From: Ministeria vibrans ATCC 50519
Taxonomy: Eukaryota; Protista; Filasterea
Direction: 5' to 3'
NCBI GenBank assembly: GCA_943704425.1
Contig: CALSCP010002292.1
Location: 1 to 64,000 of the forward strand
Length of the DNA stretch: 64,000 nucleotides
Shown here piece by piece: positions 1 to 14,811 of the stretch. The notes below the pieces were generated by a model, which was not told where the DNA came from, did not search any database, and saw only the letters and a program-made list of their open reading frames with translations. Position 1 is the first letter of the stretch. Each line of letters begins with the position of its first letter. The position numbers were made by a program, and so were the translations under genes.

Positions 1-170
<170 letters not shown>

Positions 171-175
171 TATAG

Positions 176-646
176 GACCACTTTTGAGTTTCTTGCGGGT
201 GTTCGCGGTTTGTTTGTGTTGGCCAAACACTCTGAGACAGTTTTGTCTTGTTGCAATTTCAACCTATTGCCATTATTACGGTGATATTCCCGAACGAGAT
301 GTGGTAAAATTGTGTGAAAGGAGGGATAGTAAATGGGGGCATAATTCCTATTCCATACACAGTTTTACCAAAACCAAATCTTGGATCACTGGTTGGTTTT
401 GCCTTTGAATCTGTTCTGCGTGTGGTTTGGCAAAACACACATCATTCATCATTACTTTGTTCCTCAGGTGAGTTTATAAAGTCTGCGTCATGATAATGAT
501 TAACAAAAATTATTTAGCCCTTTTACCTGCGTACAATGTGTTCTCCCCTTATTGTGGGTAAAATGGTCTCAGAGGGAGTCCGTCGCAATGATTTGGGCAT
601 TCTCCGTCGTGCAAACCGCTTCTCAGACAAGCAAAAGTCTTCATAA
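176..646 (+). CDS. Fatty-acid desaturase-like protein, 3' exons only (5' part outside window)
   Basis: Spliced translation ...PNTLRQFCLVAISTYCHYYGDIPERDV|FYQNQILDHWLVLPLNLFCVWFGKTHIIHHYFVPQ|PFYLRTM...NDLGILRRANRF..* with an HxxHH His box; GT-AG introns; TAA at 644-646. Confidence 0.7.
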
Positions 647-938
647 CTTAATTGAAGTGCTATACATTTATCTAATTATAATTATTTATTTTTTTGTTCT
701 GATTACTGAGCCGTTTGTTTTGTGCGACACTGGCTCAGTGCCAGACTTGCCAATTATTAGTGCCTTGCTTTGACGAGTATCTATGCGATTCCAATCAGTG
801 CCTCAGCAACTGCGTTTGAATGAGGGGAGTGTCGGCATGCATTATAATCATGGAAAATATAAACAATTAATATCGCTTCTTCAATGGTTAGGAATTAGGA
901 AAAAGGAAGTGTTTATAGCTTTGTACTACTATTGTAAT

Positions 939-2757
939 CTACTGAAGGAAGTAGGGCAATCCGGCGAGGTTGCCATGGGCAACAACAGTGGGTTTGGATG
1001 CAACAGCGAGCTTGGCGGCCGCCTGGACGGATGCGGGCGTGACTGACTGCAATGACGCCGCGCCATGCGTAGACTTGAACAACACCTAATAATAGAGAAA
1101 ACGAGCAAAGGAGAGGGGAGACAAGTCGGTGAGCAATAGAATTAATTCTCGTCTCGCAATCACACATGAAACGCAAACAGAAGAACTGTGTTCATCAATA
1201 TGATTTCGAATGAAAACATAATAATAAAAGATTTCCATTGTGAAAATAATGCTGAATGCTCATTTTTAGTTTTTTTTTTTTTTTGGGGGGGGGGTTCTTT
1301 CTTACGTGAGCAGCGAGGTCATCAGCAAGGTCAGCGCGCGTCTCGACCTCGAGCCTCATTGCGGCGTCGGTGGCCTCCTTGGCCTGGGCGAAGCGCTTGG
1401 CGTCGACGGGCTTTGCGGCGAGCGAGTGAAGGAGGTCCTGTGCCTGTGCGACAGCCGTGGCGGCGCTGGTGGGCGGGGCAATGACGTAGACGCCAAAGAG
1501 ACCGGCGTCGGAGTAGTTGAGGTTAAAGGTCTGTGCGCGTGCGACGGGTCCCACCGACTGGTGGATAGCCTGTCCGAGCACACCGGCTGGCGACCCGTGC
1601 GCGATGTGGCCCTGTCCGCCCATGAGGGTGCGCAGAACAGCAAAGCTGGCGGCGTGTGTGCTCGACGCTGCCACGCCCGCAAAACCCAGAGCAACGTGTG
1701 TGAGCGGCGATCCTGTGGCAAAGCGCTGTTCACTCTGGCCAAAGTACTTGGAGGGCGTCTCAGCGGCGGCCGTGCTCTGTTTGCTCATGTAGTCGTGGAG
1801 GTCCTCCTGTGTGGCCGCGACGAGCTCGTCGTGGGGCACGCCGACGCCAATAACGACGGAGCGCGAGGGTGCAAAGAGGCACGAGTGGAACGACGCGAGC
1901 TCGGCCGAGGTGATGGAGGTGCGGTGAGAGGGACACAGGAGAGGCTGGCCAAGACCGCCCGCGCCCGAGTGGAAGGCACCCTCATGAAGGCGCTCCATAA
2001 CGTGCAGCGTGGTGTTCGAGGAGGCCTCAGCGAGCGCCACTTGCATGGGGCCCTTGAGCTTTCGCACCTCCCAGTCAAGGAAGGCCGGGTTCTGCACGGC
2101 GTCGGCGAGAATCTTGAAGGCGTCGCGACCGTGTCCCGGCCACAGCACCGACATGGAGTGCTGGAAGGTGTCACGCGATGCAGTGGCGCGCATCGTCGCC
2201 GCACACAGCTCAGCCTCGCGACAGTTCCTCAAGTCGGTCGAGCCAGTCGTCGACTGGAGAGGGAGAGAGCGAGAGAGAGAGAGAACAAAACGCAATGTTG
2301 AGACGGTGCGATAAAAAAGTGAAAGTGTAAAACGACAATTTTAGAATATAAGAAGGCTGTTGCAAGGCACGGGGCCGTTGCCAATGGAGACAGAACGCCT
2401 CCATAGAGATGATTGGGAAAGAAACAGGCAGGAAGAGAAGCGGCGATGGTGGCAAAAGAGAGGAAAGCGAACGGAGAGGAAAAAAAAAAGCTTTCAAAGA
2501 GAGAAAAAAAAAAAAAGAGAGAGGGAGAGGAGAGAGAGAGGGCCATCGGGGGGTCAGTGACGTACCATGAATGCGCCATGGGAGAGATGTTGAGCAGTGC
2601 CGGCAGTCGCGGCGGTTTCAAAGCGAGTTCCGGCACGCGTAACGACGGAGACGAAGGCGGCCGGGGCAGACGAGGCGCGGATGCTGGCGACGGTCAGGCC
2701 GCCGGCGAGCGTGGAGATCTGCATTGTGGGAAGGGTGGGTGGGTGAGACGGGGCGCA

Positions 2758-2797
<40 letters not shown>

Positions 2798-2942
2798 CCT
2801 CTGCTTTGGCCCATGACCCAGCGGGCGTTGGCGTCGCTGGAGGCACATTGGTAGGCTCTTGCCAGCCGGGATTCTGCCACGCAGCCGACGTAGCGTATGT
2901 ACGTGATACGGTGGCCGCAACGACTCTTGTAGAAGACAGCAT
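939..2942 (-). CDS. UQCRC2: Peptidase M16 family: cytochrome bc1 core protein 2 / MPP-alpha-like
   Basis: Mitochondrial presequence (MLSSTRVVAATVSRTY); AGTRFE, FNLNYSDAGLFGVY and C-terminal GNLAGLPY motifs; 4 exons. Confidence 0.8.
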
Positions 2943-3071
2943 AATGAAAGAGAAAGCAAAAAACTGAGAGAAGCAGAAATATTCGATCGGATTTGAAAAG
3001 TTCTGTAATCTGTACATTCATTCTTCTCTTTCGCAACTCTCTTGCCTTGTAGATTGCTATCTCGTGTGTAA

Positions 3072-3257
3072 ATGAGCACTGCGAAGAAACTTGGAGGCGT
3101 ATTAAATGTCAAACAGAAAGGCCGAAAGGCAGTTAAGCAGAAGATAAAGGTCTTCCGCTCGTCAGACCCCATCGTCGCTGTCATGGAATGGGCGGTCAGA
3201 CATTTGGTAAGAAGAAAACGTGTTGTCGAGAAAGAGAGAATAATGAGAGAGAGAGAA

Positions 3258-3289
<32 letters not shown>

Positions 3290-4336
3290 CACTTTTGACT
3301 GTCACTACTGCGATACATTGCTTGAAACAGCCCCCGCGCGCGACGAGCACCAGCGCACGTGATCACTCTTACGCGACACGTGACGTTCTTCCTCGTCCAG
3401 CCGTCTTTTTCTTTTCTTTTTGTTGTCTTTTTGATTTTCATCTCTTGAACTGTCGAACTTGTTTGCGTTGGTGTTTTCGTGCGCTCTCTGGACGTCCTGT
3501 GCCACTGCCGCCCCACCCCACCCACGTCTACTCCCCTGCAGTGGTGTTTGTGGCGTACAGCTAGCGTTTTCAAGGGACAAGACGGAATGGAAACGGAAAA
3601 AAAAAGAAGAAGAAGAAGGAAAAAAAAAAGATTCCCTTTCCCTTTGCGGTTGGTTATTCGCTCTACTCTCTGTCTGCCCTGTTTGGACGCTTCCATCCAC
3701 ACACACACACTTTCCAGTGGGGTTACCATTGCAATTGGGTGTCCGGATGGGCTTTGTTTCGCCGATGGCGACATTCGATCTGATCTGTCATGACGAAGAA
3801 CGGAATGGACTCATTTTGCACTTCTCATGTCCTCCTCTCTCTCTCTCNNNNNNNNNNNNNNNNNNNNNNNNNNNNNNNNNNNNNNNNNNNNNNNNNNNNN
3901 NNNNNNNNNNNNNNNNNNNNNNNNNNNNNNNNNNNNNNNNNNNNNNNNNNNNNNNNNNNNNNNNNNNNNNNNNNCTCACCTCTCTCTCCACCCTACTCAC
4001 ACGCGTGCTGGTGCAGGCCCTTGAAATGCACGACCTGTCAGCGCCCACAGTCCTGCTTGGCAACCATTTCAAGGCCTTTTCTAAGATCAAGGTGGAGAGC
4101 CACCACTACAAGGCACCCAATCTGCCCATCAAATTTAAAGTCAAGTTCTACTGTCCAGAGGTACGAGCGTTCATATGTACATACTCATTTTAAAACGCGG
4201 GGAACTATTAGGTCTTTCGGGAACTGCGAGAGCGATTTGGTGTGAGCGACGAGCAGTACGTCGAATCGCTGTGCGATGAAACACTCGAGTTGAATCAAGT
4301 ACGAGAAAGAGGGATCAAAGCCAAAATGCTCATTAT

Positions 4337-4379
<43 letters not shown>

Positions 4380-5374
4380 CTTTGTTTCTTTCTCCCTCCT
4401 CTCTCTATCACTTTGTTTCTTTCTTCCTCCTCTCTCTATCACTTTGTTTCTTTCTCCCTCCTCTCTCTATCACTTTGTTTCTTTCTCCCTCCTCTCTCTA
4501 TCATTTTGTTTCTTTCTCCCTCCTCTCTCTATCATTTTGTTTCTTTCTCCCTCCTCTCTCTCTTTCTCTCTCTCTTTTTTTTTTTGGTGTGTGTGCGTAG
4601 GACCACAAAGACGCGGGACGATCGGGCGCCACCTTCTACGAAACGGGTGACGGTCTGTTGGTGTTGAAGAGCATGAAGAAGCTTGAGGTGGCGCAGATGC
4701 ATATGATTCTGCCGGCGTACCACAAGTACATTGTGGAGCAGGGTGGAGCGACGCTTCTGCCTCAGTTTATGGGGATGTACCGGCTGACGGTGGACGACAA
4801 GGAGACTTACATGCTCACCATGCGCAATGTGGTGAGTGCGACGCTGGCCATTGACGAGCGCTACGATCTCAAGGGGAGTCTGCTCAAGCGCACTGCTGAC
4901 GAGAAGGAGCTGCAGAAGGAGACACCAACATTCAAGGACAACGACTTTCGCGCCGCAAATCGTCTGTTGCATCTGAGCGACGCGTCCACGAAAGCGGTGA
5001 TCGAGCGTGTGGAGCGCGACACGGACTTCCTAGCGTCGCTGCGGCTTATGGACTACTCGTTCCTCGTCGGCATCCATGTGTGCGACGAGAACCCCGACGA
5101 CCCCACCGACAACGAGGAAAGCATCCAGCGTGCCATTACCGACGACATTTACGCCATTCCTTCGCGCCTCGTCGACCACCCTGAGATATACTACCTCGGC
5201 ATCATTGACATCCTGACACCCTACGATGCAGGCAAGCGCGTCGCACACACCGCAAAGACCCTCCGAAATGGCCCTCACGCCGAACCCAGCACAGTCAACC
5301 CTGAGCGCTACCGCACCCGCTTCCTTGAATTTATTCGTGCCATTTTCAGTGATGATGAGACGCCCCATCAATGA
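3072..5374 (+). CDS. PIP4K2: Phosphatidylinositol-5-phosphate 4-kinase (type II PIPK)
   Basis: KVFRSSDP..MEWAV, FKAFSKIKV, KFYCPEVFRELRERFG, YDLKGS, KDNDF, LMDYSFLVGIH, GIIDILT motifs across 4 exons. Confidence 0.9.
3848..3974. other. Assembly gap (N run); further gaps at 32648-32657 and 48681-48691
   Basis: N characters; two of the three gaps are flanked by (CT)n or homopolymers. Confidence 0.99.
4371..4560 (+). repeat. About 30-bp tandem unit containing the dispersed motif CTCTATCACTTTGTTTC (about 6 copies)
   Basis: Visible tandem copies in a PIP4K intron. Confidence 0.9.
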
Positions 5375-5505
5375 TCACAACCACCGACTCAGAGCGACAG
5401 TGTGAGTGTTGAAGGAGAAAAGGAATAGAGAGAGAGAGAGAGGGAGGGAGAGAATTGATTTATTGTATCTATATATAAACGAGGATCCTTTGAATGCGTT
5501 ATTTG

Positions 5506-7432
<1,927 letters not shown>

Positions 7433-7543
7433 GTTGGAGTGTCGCAAGGTTAATTCAACTAATAATTACTAAATTGATGAGATAATGTCAATGTTTATGT
7501 CATTATAACTTTTTTGATTACTATTATAGAGATTTTGGACTAA

Positions 7544-8325
7544 ATGAACCCCTTGACGAAATCCATCTCCCTTACTCACGTGCAGTACATCAGCGGCGAC
7601 CATGTCGGACGAATTCTTGCTTGGAGTTGTCTCTTTCCTTTCATCATCATCGTTGCGCTGTCAACACTCGTCGCTACCCGTACGCCCTCCTTCCCTCCAC
7701 GCCCTTGCTCGGCTCCTCCCACACCCGCATTCACACATACGAGGTACTCGTAGGCCGTGAGCTTCGCACCATCAGCCTGCTAGCGGCCCTGCTGGTCGGC
7801 GAAGCAATCTGTCTGCTTCTCAAACATGTCATTGATGAGCCAAGACCCGCCGGTTGCCACCTCACGTCGAGCGGCATGCCCTCGTCGCACACCCAGTTCA
7901 TGTAATGCCCTCCAGCGATCGCTTGTCACCACTCATTGGTCTTATTGTGTGTTTGATATAGGGTGTTTTTCGCATCGTACACCACTCTGTTTCTGTCACA
8001 GAATGCCGCCTTTCAATGGGCCACCACTCGCCTCCTTCTCATCGCCGGCAGCATTGTGGCGGCTCTAGCAACCTCATACGCACGCATCTACCTTGGCTAC
8101 CACACGCCGTGGCAGGTGACGTGCGGTGCGCTGTTGGGCGCAGTGCTTGCTGTCATCCACTACGCCCTCTACGAGCTGCTCGTTTCGCCCGTCGCCGATA
8201 CCCTTGTGCGCTCTCCACTCGGCCGCTTTCTCATGCTACGCGACTCACGTGACATTCCCAATGTTCTCTGGTTCGAGTATGTCACGTCCCTCAAAGCATC
8301 CAAAGACCAACGCCGCAAAAAGTGA
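7544..8325 (+). CDS. DOLPP1: Dolichyl-diphosphate phosphatase (PAP2 family)
   Basis: SLTHVQY, KHVIDEPRP, GMPSSHTQFM, ARIYLGYHT..QV, RDSRDIPNVLWFEY. Confidence 0.9.
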
Positions 8326-8437
8326 AGATGTAATGTACAACACGCACTAATAATTATTTTGTACCAAATCAAGGTGATTGTATCACATGAAAAAACACAC
8401 AGCATTATGTACACATTACAGTCCATTTTTCGTGCTT

Positions 8438-9659
8438 TCAGTCTACCAGGGCAGTGAGACTGCGCAGAGTCGCCAAGGCGTTTTGCAAATCTTCAAAATC
8501 AGAGCCAGTCAACTGGGCGAGTCGCTCTTCCAATCCCAACGCGACAAGTACAGTGGACACTGCACTGCGACGGCCACCACACTCGGTCAGAAGCACTGTG
8601 AGACACTCGACAACCTTTTCACAGAGCACTGTATCGTCGGTGAACGCCAAAAGAGCAGTGAGTGCAGAAAGGCACTCGCGTGTGGTAAACGCGCTGACAA
8701 AGTGCTCGTTTTGACGCGCAATCTTCCCCATGAAAAACACACACTTTCGCACTTGTGCCGAACTGCTCGTGGCATCCTGGTGACCTTCAAGAATGTCTTG
8801 CAACAACGATATTCCCTACGTCACATAGAGATAGAGAGACACAGGAGAAAGAGCACAGTGGTCGAGAGAAAGCAAAGCAGAGAGGGAAAAACACACACAT
8901 AGAGAGAGAGAGAGAGAGGAGAAAGAAACAAAGTGATAGAGAAAGAGAGAGAGAGAGAGGAAGAAGAGAGAACAAAGCAATAAAAAATGAGAAAAAGAGG
9001 AGACAGAAACGAAGTAGAAGAAGTGACAAAGAGAGAGATAAGAACGAGTAGAGCAAGACAATTTTGGTTACGTGATCTTCCATAAAGGCCTCCTGTGCGC
9101 TGGCGTGGCCTCCCAGAATTGCCGACACACACGTGAGGCCCTTGGATCGTACGTCAGCGGACGAATCATTGCGCGTCATGGTCATTATTCGCGAAAGAAG
9201 CTCTTTGGTGTACACCTGCGCAAAGAGCTTGTCGTTGTCATGCAGCGCCGTGCTGAGCACCCACAGTGCCCCGGCGCGCACCCCAGCAGCCTCATGTTCA
9301 AACAGAGCAACCACAGGGTCGACAAGGCCAAGGTTGGGCATGACTGGGGCGGAAACAAGAGAGCGTGAGAGAATCGTCTCGAAAAGTAAAAAGAAACCCC
9401 TCCGCTAACCTGAAGCATTGTCAATATACTCAACTCGACCCAAAAGCGCATCGAGCGCCTCTTCCAATTGGTCGATGGTCGAGTCGGCAGCCATGAAAAC
9501 AGCCCGACATGCGAGCATTGTCTTCGTGTCGGATTGTTCGTCAATCACCCTCTCCAGAAATGCCTTGTCGGCATCCGAGGGCGCTGCAGCCGACGTACGT
9601 CCTTCCGACGACTGACTTAGCGCCCATTGATTCAGCTCTTGAAGGCGTTTCCCGTCCAT
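8438..9659 (-). CDS. HSPBP1: Hsp70 nucleotide-exchange factor Fes1/HSPBP1
   Basis: LQELNQWAL, ALDALLGRVEYIDNA, ARM-like repeats (VRAGALWVLSTALHDN, VRSKGLTCVSAI). Confidence 0.8.
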
Positions 9660-9699
9660 ATTAACACAGAGAATAAAAAAGTGGCGGTGACTAAAAAAC

Positions 9700-9730
<31 letters not shown>

Positions 9731-10858
9731 GAAACGAAAGACAGCATCAATGCCGCGTTCTTCTCTTTGCCCTCTCCCTGTAGTGCGTGCGTCACTTGTA
9801 AAAAAGACGCGGAGAACGCGCATTTTTTCACAAGATTTGCTATTTTGGTCACTTTCAAATTCGAGGAACGGATTATCTCAACCCTCAAATTTCACATTGA
9901 CACAATCACTCGTCCACGTCAAGTAGAAGCTCTTATTTCAGCTATATTTCGCTACAAGATCGCGTCGTTACTCGTTACTTAGGCTGCTTACCCTTCAAGT
10001 AATACACTAAATACAGTAAATGAGCAAGCGAAAGAAGAACAATTTTTGCGGGTGGGAAATTTTTATAGAGTCCTTGGTTATACAAAAATGTGCCACTCAT
10101 ACCCACCTGTGAGGCGTGAGACCGTGGGTCAGACTGTGCCCTCACTAGCCTGTCATGTGACTCAAGCGCCACTCAGTCTTGCGTCACTGCTACGCAATCG
10201 TATAAGTCAATTTTAAATTTGCCGCCCAAGAAAAAAATTTGGACACTCCAAGGAAAGCCCAACAGTACCCTACAGAGTACAAACACTGAAACACACATAC
10301 ATAGACCTGTCAGCAGTCAAAAATCAAAATAGACAAGCATGAAAGAGTCTCTTTCAGCGCTGAGGAGCTTATTGAGAATATGATTTTCCCTCCTCTTAAG
10401 CCTTGGCCTCTTGGTTCTTGTGGACCTTCTGATCGCCAAGCGATCCGAGTTTCCTTCTGCGGAACCCGTCATTTCACTCATTCGGCATTCCGTTTTAAAT
10501 TCTAGCAATTTGAGGGTCTCTGGGTCTGACGTGAAGATTAATGAATGAGTCGGGGACGAAAAATGAAAAATCCGATGAAGAATTATATTACAAAAACAGA
10601 AGACACTTTTTTTCCTCCACTCTTCTTCACCTCAAACGTAAGAATTCGACGTTGAACCACCTTCGTCTTCTATCGCAACTACCACGTTCCAATCAAACAT
10701 CAACGCATCGGACGTATTCGTTTACCACGTCTACTTTTGTCATGAGTGAATCTAATTTAGATCATGACGTAAGTTAACCGACCCTCAAATTTTTTTTTGT
10801 TTTCACTTTTTTCGTCCCGCTTTTTTAACTGTAGACTGAAATTGTCCCCCATCGTCAT

Positions 10859-13391
10859 ATGAAGCACTCAGAGCCATTTTTGACGATTGTCATCATGATT
10901 GCGACAGGCGTGTCGCTCTCCAGTCTCCAACTTATCCTAAAATTTGCGTCGACACTGATTTGTGCCCAACACCGCGTTCACATCGTGACCACGTGTGGAC
11001 ACGACGCTGCGCTGAAACGCCTTTTGGAGGACGACTCCAACGCGGCGCTTGCGACGTGTGTGACGGCATCGCAATGGTCGCGAACGCTCTTGCGCAAATC
11101 GCTTGCGAATGAGTCGATCCGCCGTACGAAAGGCCCACTTGTGGTCTGCGTGGTGGCGCCGGGCAGCGTGGTCGACGGAGAGACAGCCTTTGACCTGGAC
11201 TCAGACTGCCGCATGACTGTGCAGACGCTCGAAGCGGATCTCGAGGTGAACAACGCTAGTCCCTTCAAAAAGATTCTTCTACTGGCTCCATTGCTGAGCG
11301 TCCACGCAATCGAAAAGCTTCCCATGACACCACTGGTCGAACTGTGTGCTTCTGGAAATTCTATCCCAGTAAATCAGGCGGAGGTGGAGGCGTTTCAAGT
11401 GCTAGCCATAGCTCAAGCGGCGCTCGACCAGCAACTGACCGCCTTCACTTCCGTCTGCTGCCAGCTCGACTCTCCTGACTCTTCCGCCTTCTTCTCAAGC
11501 TTGGATGCCGTGCACGGAGCAACTCGCTGGACGCTTCTTGGTACAGTGGTTCAAAAGCTCAAGGCATGTCTCCCTCCCACCGCTGTAATCAAGCATGGTC
11601 GTCTGAAATGGAGGCCGCACTCCAACGATGGCGAAATCTACCTGTTCAATGCCAAGTACTCGGCAGACCATCTCCTCTCTATGCTTCCCGAGCCTGTTGT
11701 CTACTTTTCCGGCAGACACACCGAGCTTGAATCTCTTCATCAGCTCCTTCATGACAGCAACGACTCCACGGCCATTGTAGTCTATGGTCCAGCCGGTGTG
11801 GGCAAGAGCACTCTGGCTACGGAGTATGCGCGTCGACAGCACGCGCGCTTTCGCCACATTCTCCTCATCAACGCTTCCACCACGGCCACCCTGACCGAGT
11901 CCTACCGTCGCATTGCCTCGTACCTCAATATCAAGTTCACCGCAATCACCAATTTGGCCCTGAAGATCAAGACGTTCCTCGCTAACGACCCGGGCGCCTG
12001 GCTTGTGATTGTCGACAATTACAACGCCGAGCTGCGCGAGATTGATGACTTGCTTTCAGTGTCGTCCCGCGACGGTCGCTTTATTTTTACCACGCGCGCC
12101 TCGCACATCTCTCCAGCCTGTGCCAACATTGTGCATCCAATGCACCTCCAGTCGCTTCCCGAAGAAGATGCTCTGCAACTGCTCCTCCACCGCTTGCCGG
12201 GGCGCCATCCAGATCAATTGGCTGTTCTTGCTGATAGACTCAACGGCATGCCCATTGCCTTGGTTGTTGCCATTGCGTTTCTTCTTTTCAAGCCCGACAT
12301 TTCCGTTGCCGACTTTCTCGCAAACATTGGTGCCCAGCTTGGTGGCAGTGAGGAAGATGACCGCAACCACGCAGCGTACCTGGTGTGTCTTGCCGAGGCG
12401 CGCAACAGCCCCCATGAAAGTGTCATTGTTGATATTCTTTGCATTCTGTGTTGCATCCACTCGTCCAGCGTGCCGACCAACGATCTGGAGTGCACTTTGT
12501 TGCGCCGCCGTCACACCCAGGCGGTTCTGGACGCCTCCCTTCGAGTACTCGAGTCACTCTCTCTTGTGGCTTTCAGTGGCGATTGTGTGTCCATGACAGA
12601 GGAGGTTCAGGCAACGTGCCGTAAAGCGCTCTTCGACTCCCGCGATGCACGCATTCAGCAGATGTGCGATATTGCCGAGCTGCTCATCGGCATGATTTCA
12701 TACGACCCGCGAGTGGTCGGCGATGTTCCCCGGTGTGCTCGCGTGGGTGTGCATGCCAGGCATTGCCTTGAGCTTCTGCTTAGGGAAATCAAACAAGACA
12801 ACACGACGAGCTGCGCAAGTCCGCTCATCAGTTCTTCGTTGGTGGTGAGCCACTGCGTCAAGTTGTGTTGGATGTGGAAGCGCAATGGCAACTTTGAGGA
12901 AGCTCTCACCGCTATCGAGTTGGCGCTGCCACTTGTATTCGACAGCCCCGACACCCTCTCGGCAGCCGCTCTTTACGATAGCCGAGCCAGTGTGTACCAC
13001 GACCTTGGGCGCGTCAACGAAGCCTCTGCCGAGTACCGTCGTGCCCTGAGCATTCGTGAGCAACACTGCACTGTCTCCCAGCGTCCTAGCATTGCAAACA
13101 CGCTGAACAACCTAGGCAATGTGTTGGGTTCACTTGGGCAGCTTGATGAGGCCATTGGTCTCTTTGAAAGGGCACTCAACATCTACCGCGTCGCTCGAAC
13201 CACCACCACCACCACCACTACGACCGCCACAACGACAACCCTCGACCCTCATTCCTCCTCTGATTATGTCACCTCGCTGCCGCTCAGTACCTCCGAAGGC
13301 GATGTTCTTAACAACCTGGCCAACATTTACGACAAGAAAGGTACGTCTCACCTCAAAGAATGCGCCGGTTATTCTCTTCAACCTTCCATAC

Positions 13392-13440
<49 letters not shown>

Positions 13441-13459
13441 GTTGTTGTTGTTGTTGTTG

Positions 13460-13496
<37 letters not shown>

Positions 13497-14584
13497 CCTC
13501 AATTTAATGGTATTCTTGTATTTTTTCTTCTTTTTCTTCTATTATTATTATTATTATTATTGTTGTTGTTGTTGTTATTGTTATTATTATTATTATCCTT
13601 AATTTAATGTTATTCTTGTATTTTTTTCTTCTACTTCTTCTAATATTATTATTGTTATTATTATTATTGTTATTATTATATTTTACTGTAGGAATGGCCG
13701 ATGAAGCGATTGCCAGGTATAACGAGAGCCTCAAGATCCGCCGTCGCAATCTGGGTGAGTCGCATCCGTCGGTGGGCCAAACATTGAACAACCTTGGGAT
13801 TGTGCTGAGCAATGCTGGTCGGTACAGCGAGGCTCTGGAGCTTCTGAACGAGGCCCTGTTGATTCGTGAAGTGGCGTTAGGTGATTCACACCCGGCCACG
13901 GGTCAGACGCACAACAATCTTGCGAATGTGTACAGTCACTTGGAAGACTATGAACGCGCGATGGAGCACTACGAAGTGTCGCTTGAGATTGCTCAGAATG
14001 CGCTTGGAGAGAGCCACCCGACCACCGCATCGACCCTAAACAATCTGGCGAATGTGCAGAAGAAACAAGGAAAGCTGACGGAGGCCCTTGAGAATTACGA
14101 TCGTGCCCTGAAAATCAGCGAGATCACTCTTGGCGTGAATCACCCATCGACGGCTGGTATGCTCAACAACAAGGCGATGGTCTACAGCGAGCGCCGCGAG
14201 TACGCCCTTGCGCTTGACCATTACAATCGAGCTCTTGAAATCAAGTTGGACAAGCTTGGCGAGTACCATCCTTCCACGAGTGACACCCTCAATAACATTG
14301 CCATTGTGCTGCGCAACCAACGAAAGTACGACGACGCCCTGACCCTCTACTCTCGTTCGCTCGTCATCAACACACGTACGTTGGGTTTTGACCATCCGAC
14401 TACCGGCGCGACTCTCCTTAACATGGCAACAACCTATCGCTACCAAAAACAATACGATCTCGCCATTGGCAACTACGAGAAGGCGCTCGCCATCTTCAAG
14501 GCGTCCCTTGGAGAAGGCCATCCGCACACTCGGCTGGCACTGTCACTGCTCCAGAAGACGCGGGATGAGAAAAAACGCTCTTGA
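10859..14584 (+). CDS. NB-ARC (STAND) NTPase-TPR protein, NLR-like
   Basis: FSGRHTEL, P-loop GPAGVGKS, Walker B WLVIVDN, GMPIAL, then about 10 kinesin-light-chain-type TPRs (LGESHP.TA.TLNNLA); one (TTA)n intron at about 13341-13691; start codon uncertain. Confidence 0.85.
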
Positions 14585-14700
14585 ACCATAATTAGAAAAA
14601 GAGTTTTTTTATTATTATAATTATAATATCATGATTATATTATTTTGTTTTAATATGGCTCGTGGAATGTGATAATTACAATACAGTTAAAATCATAAAC

Positions 14701-14735
<35 letters not shown>

Positions 14736-14811
14736 TTAAAATCAGAATAATAATAACACCAATATAATACTAAAATTAATCATAATATCAATACGTCGTA
14801 TTTGCGTATTG

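Noticed and set aside
1306-2301. Long antisense ORFs (also 41930-42649, 50162-51058) and SLSL/ERER/CVCV ORFs
   Set aside because: Shadows of GC-rich coding strands or translations of microsatellites.
4371-4385. TCTCTATCACT matches a tetO half-site
   Set aside because: The second half-site is absent; coincidence, not vector contamination.
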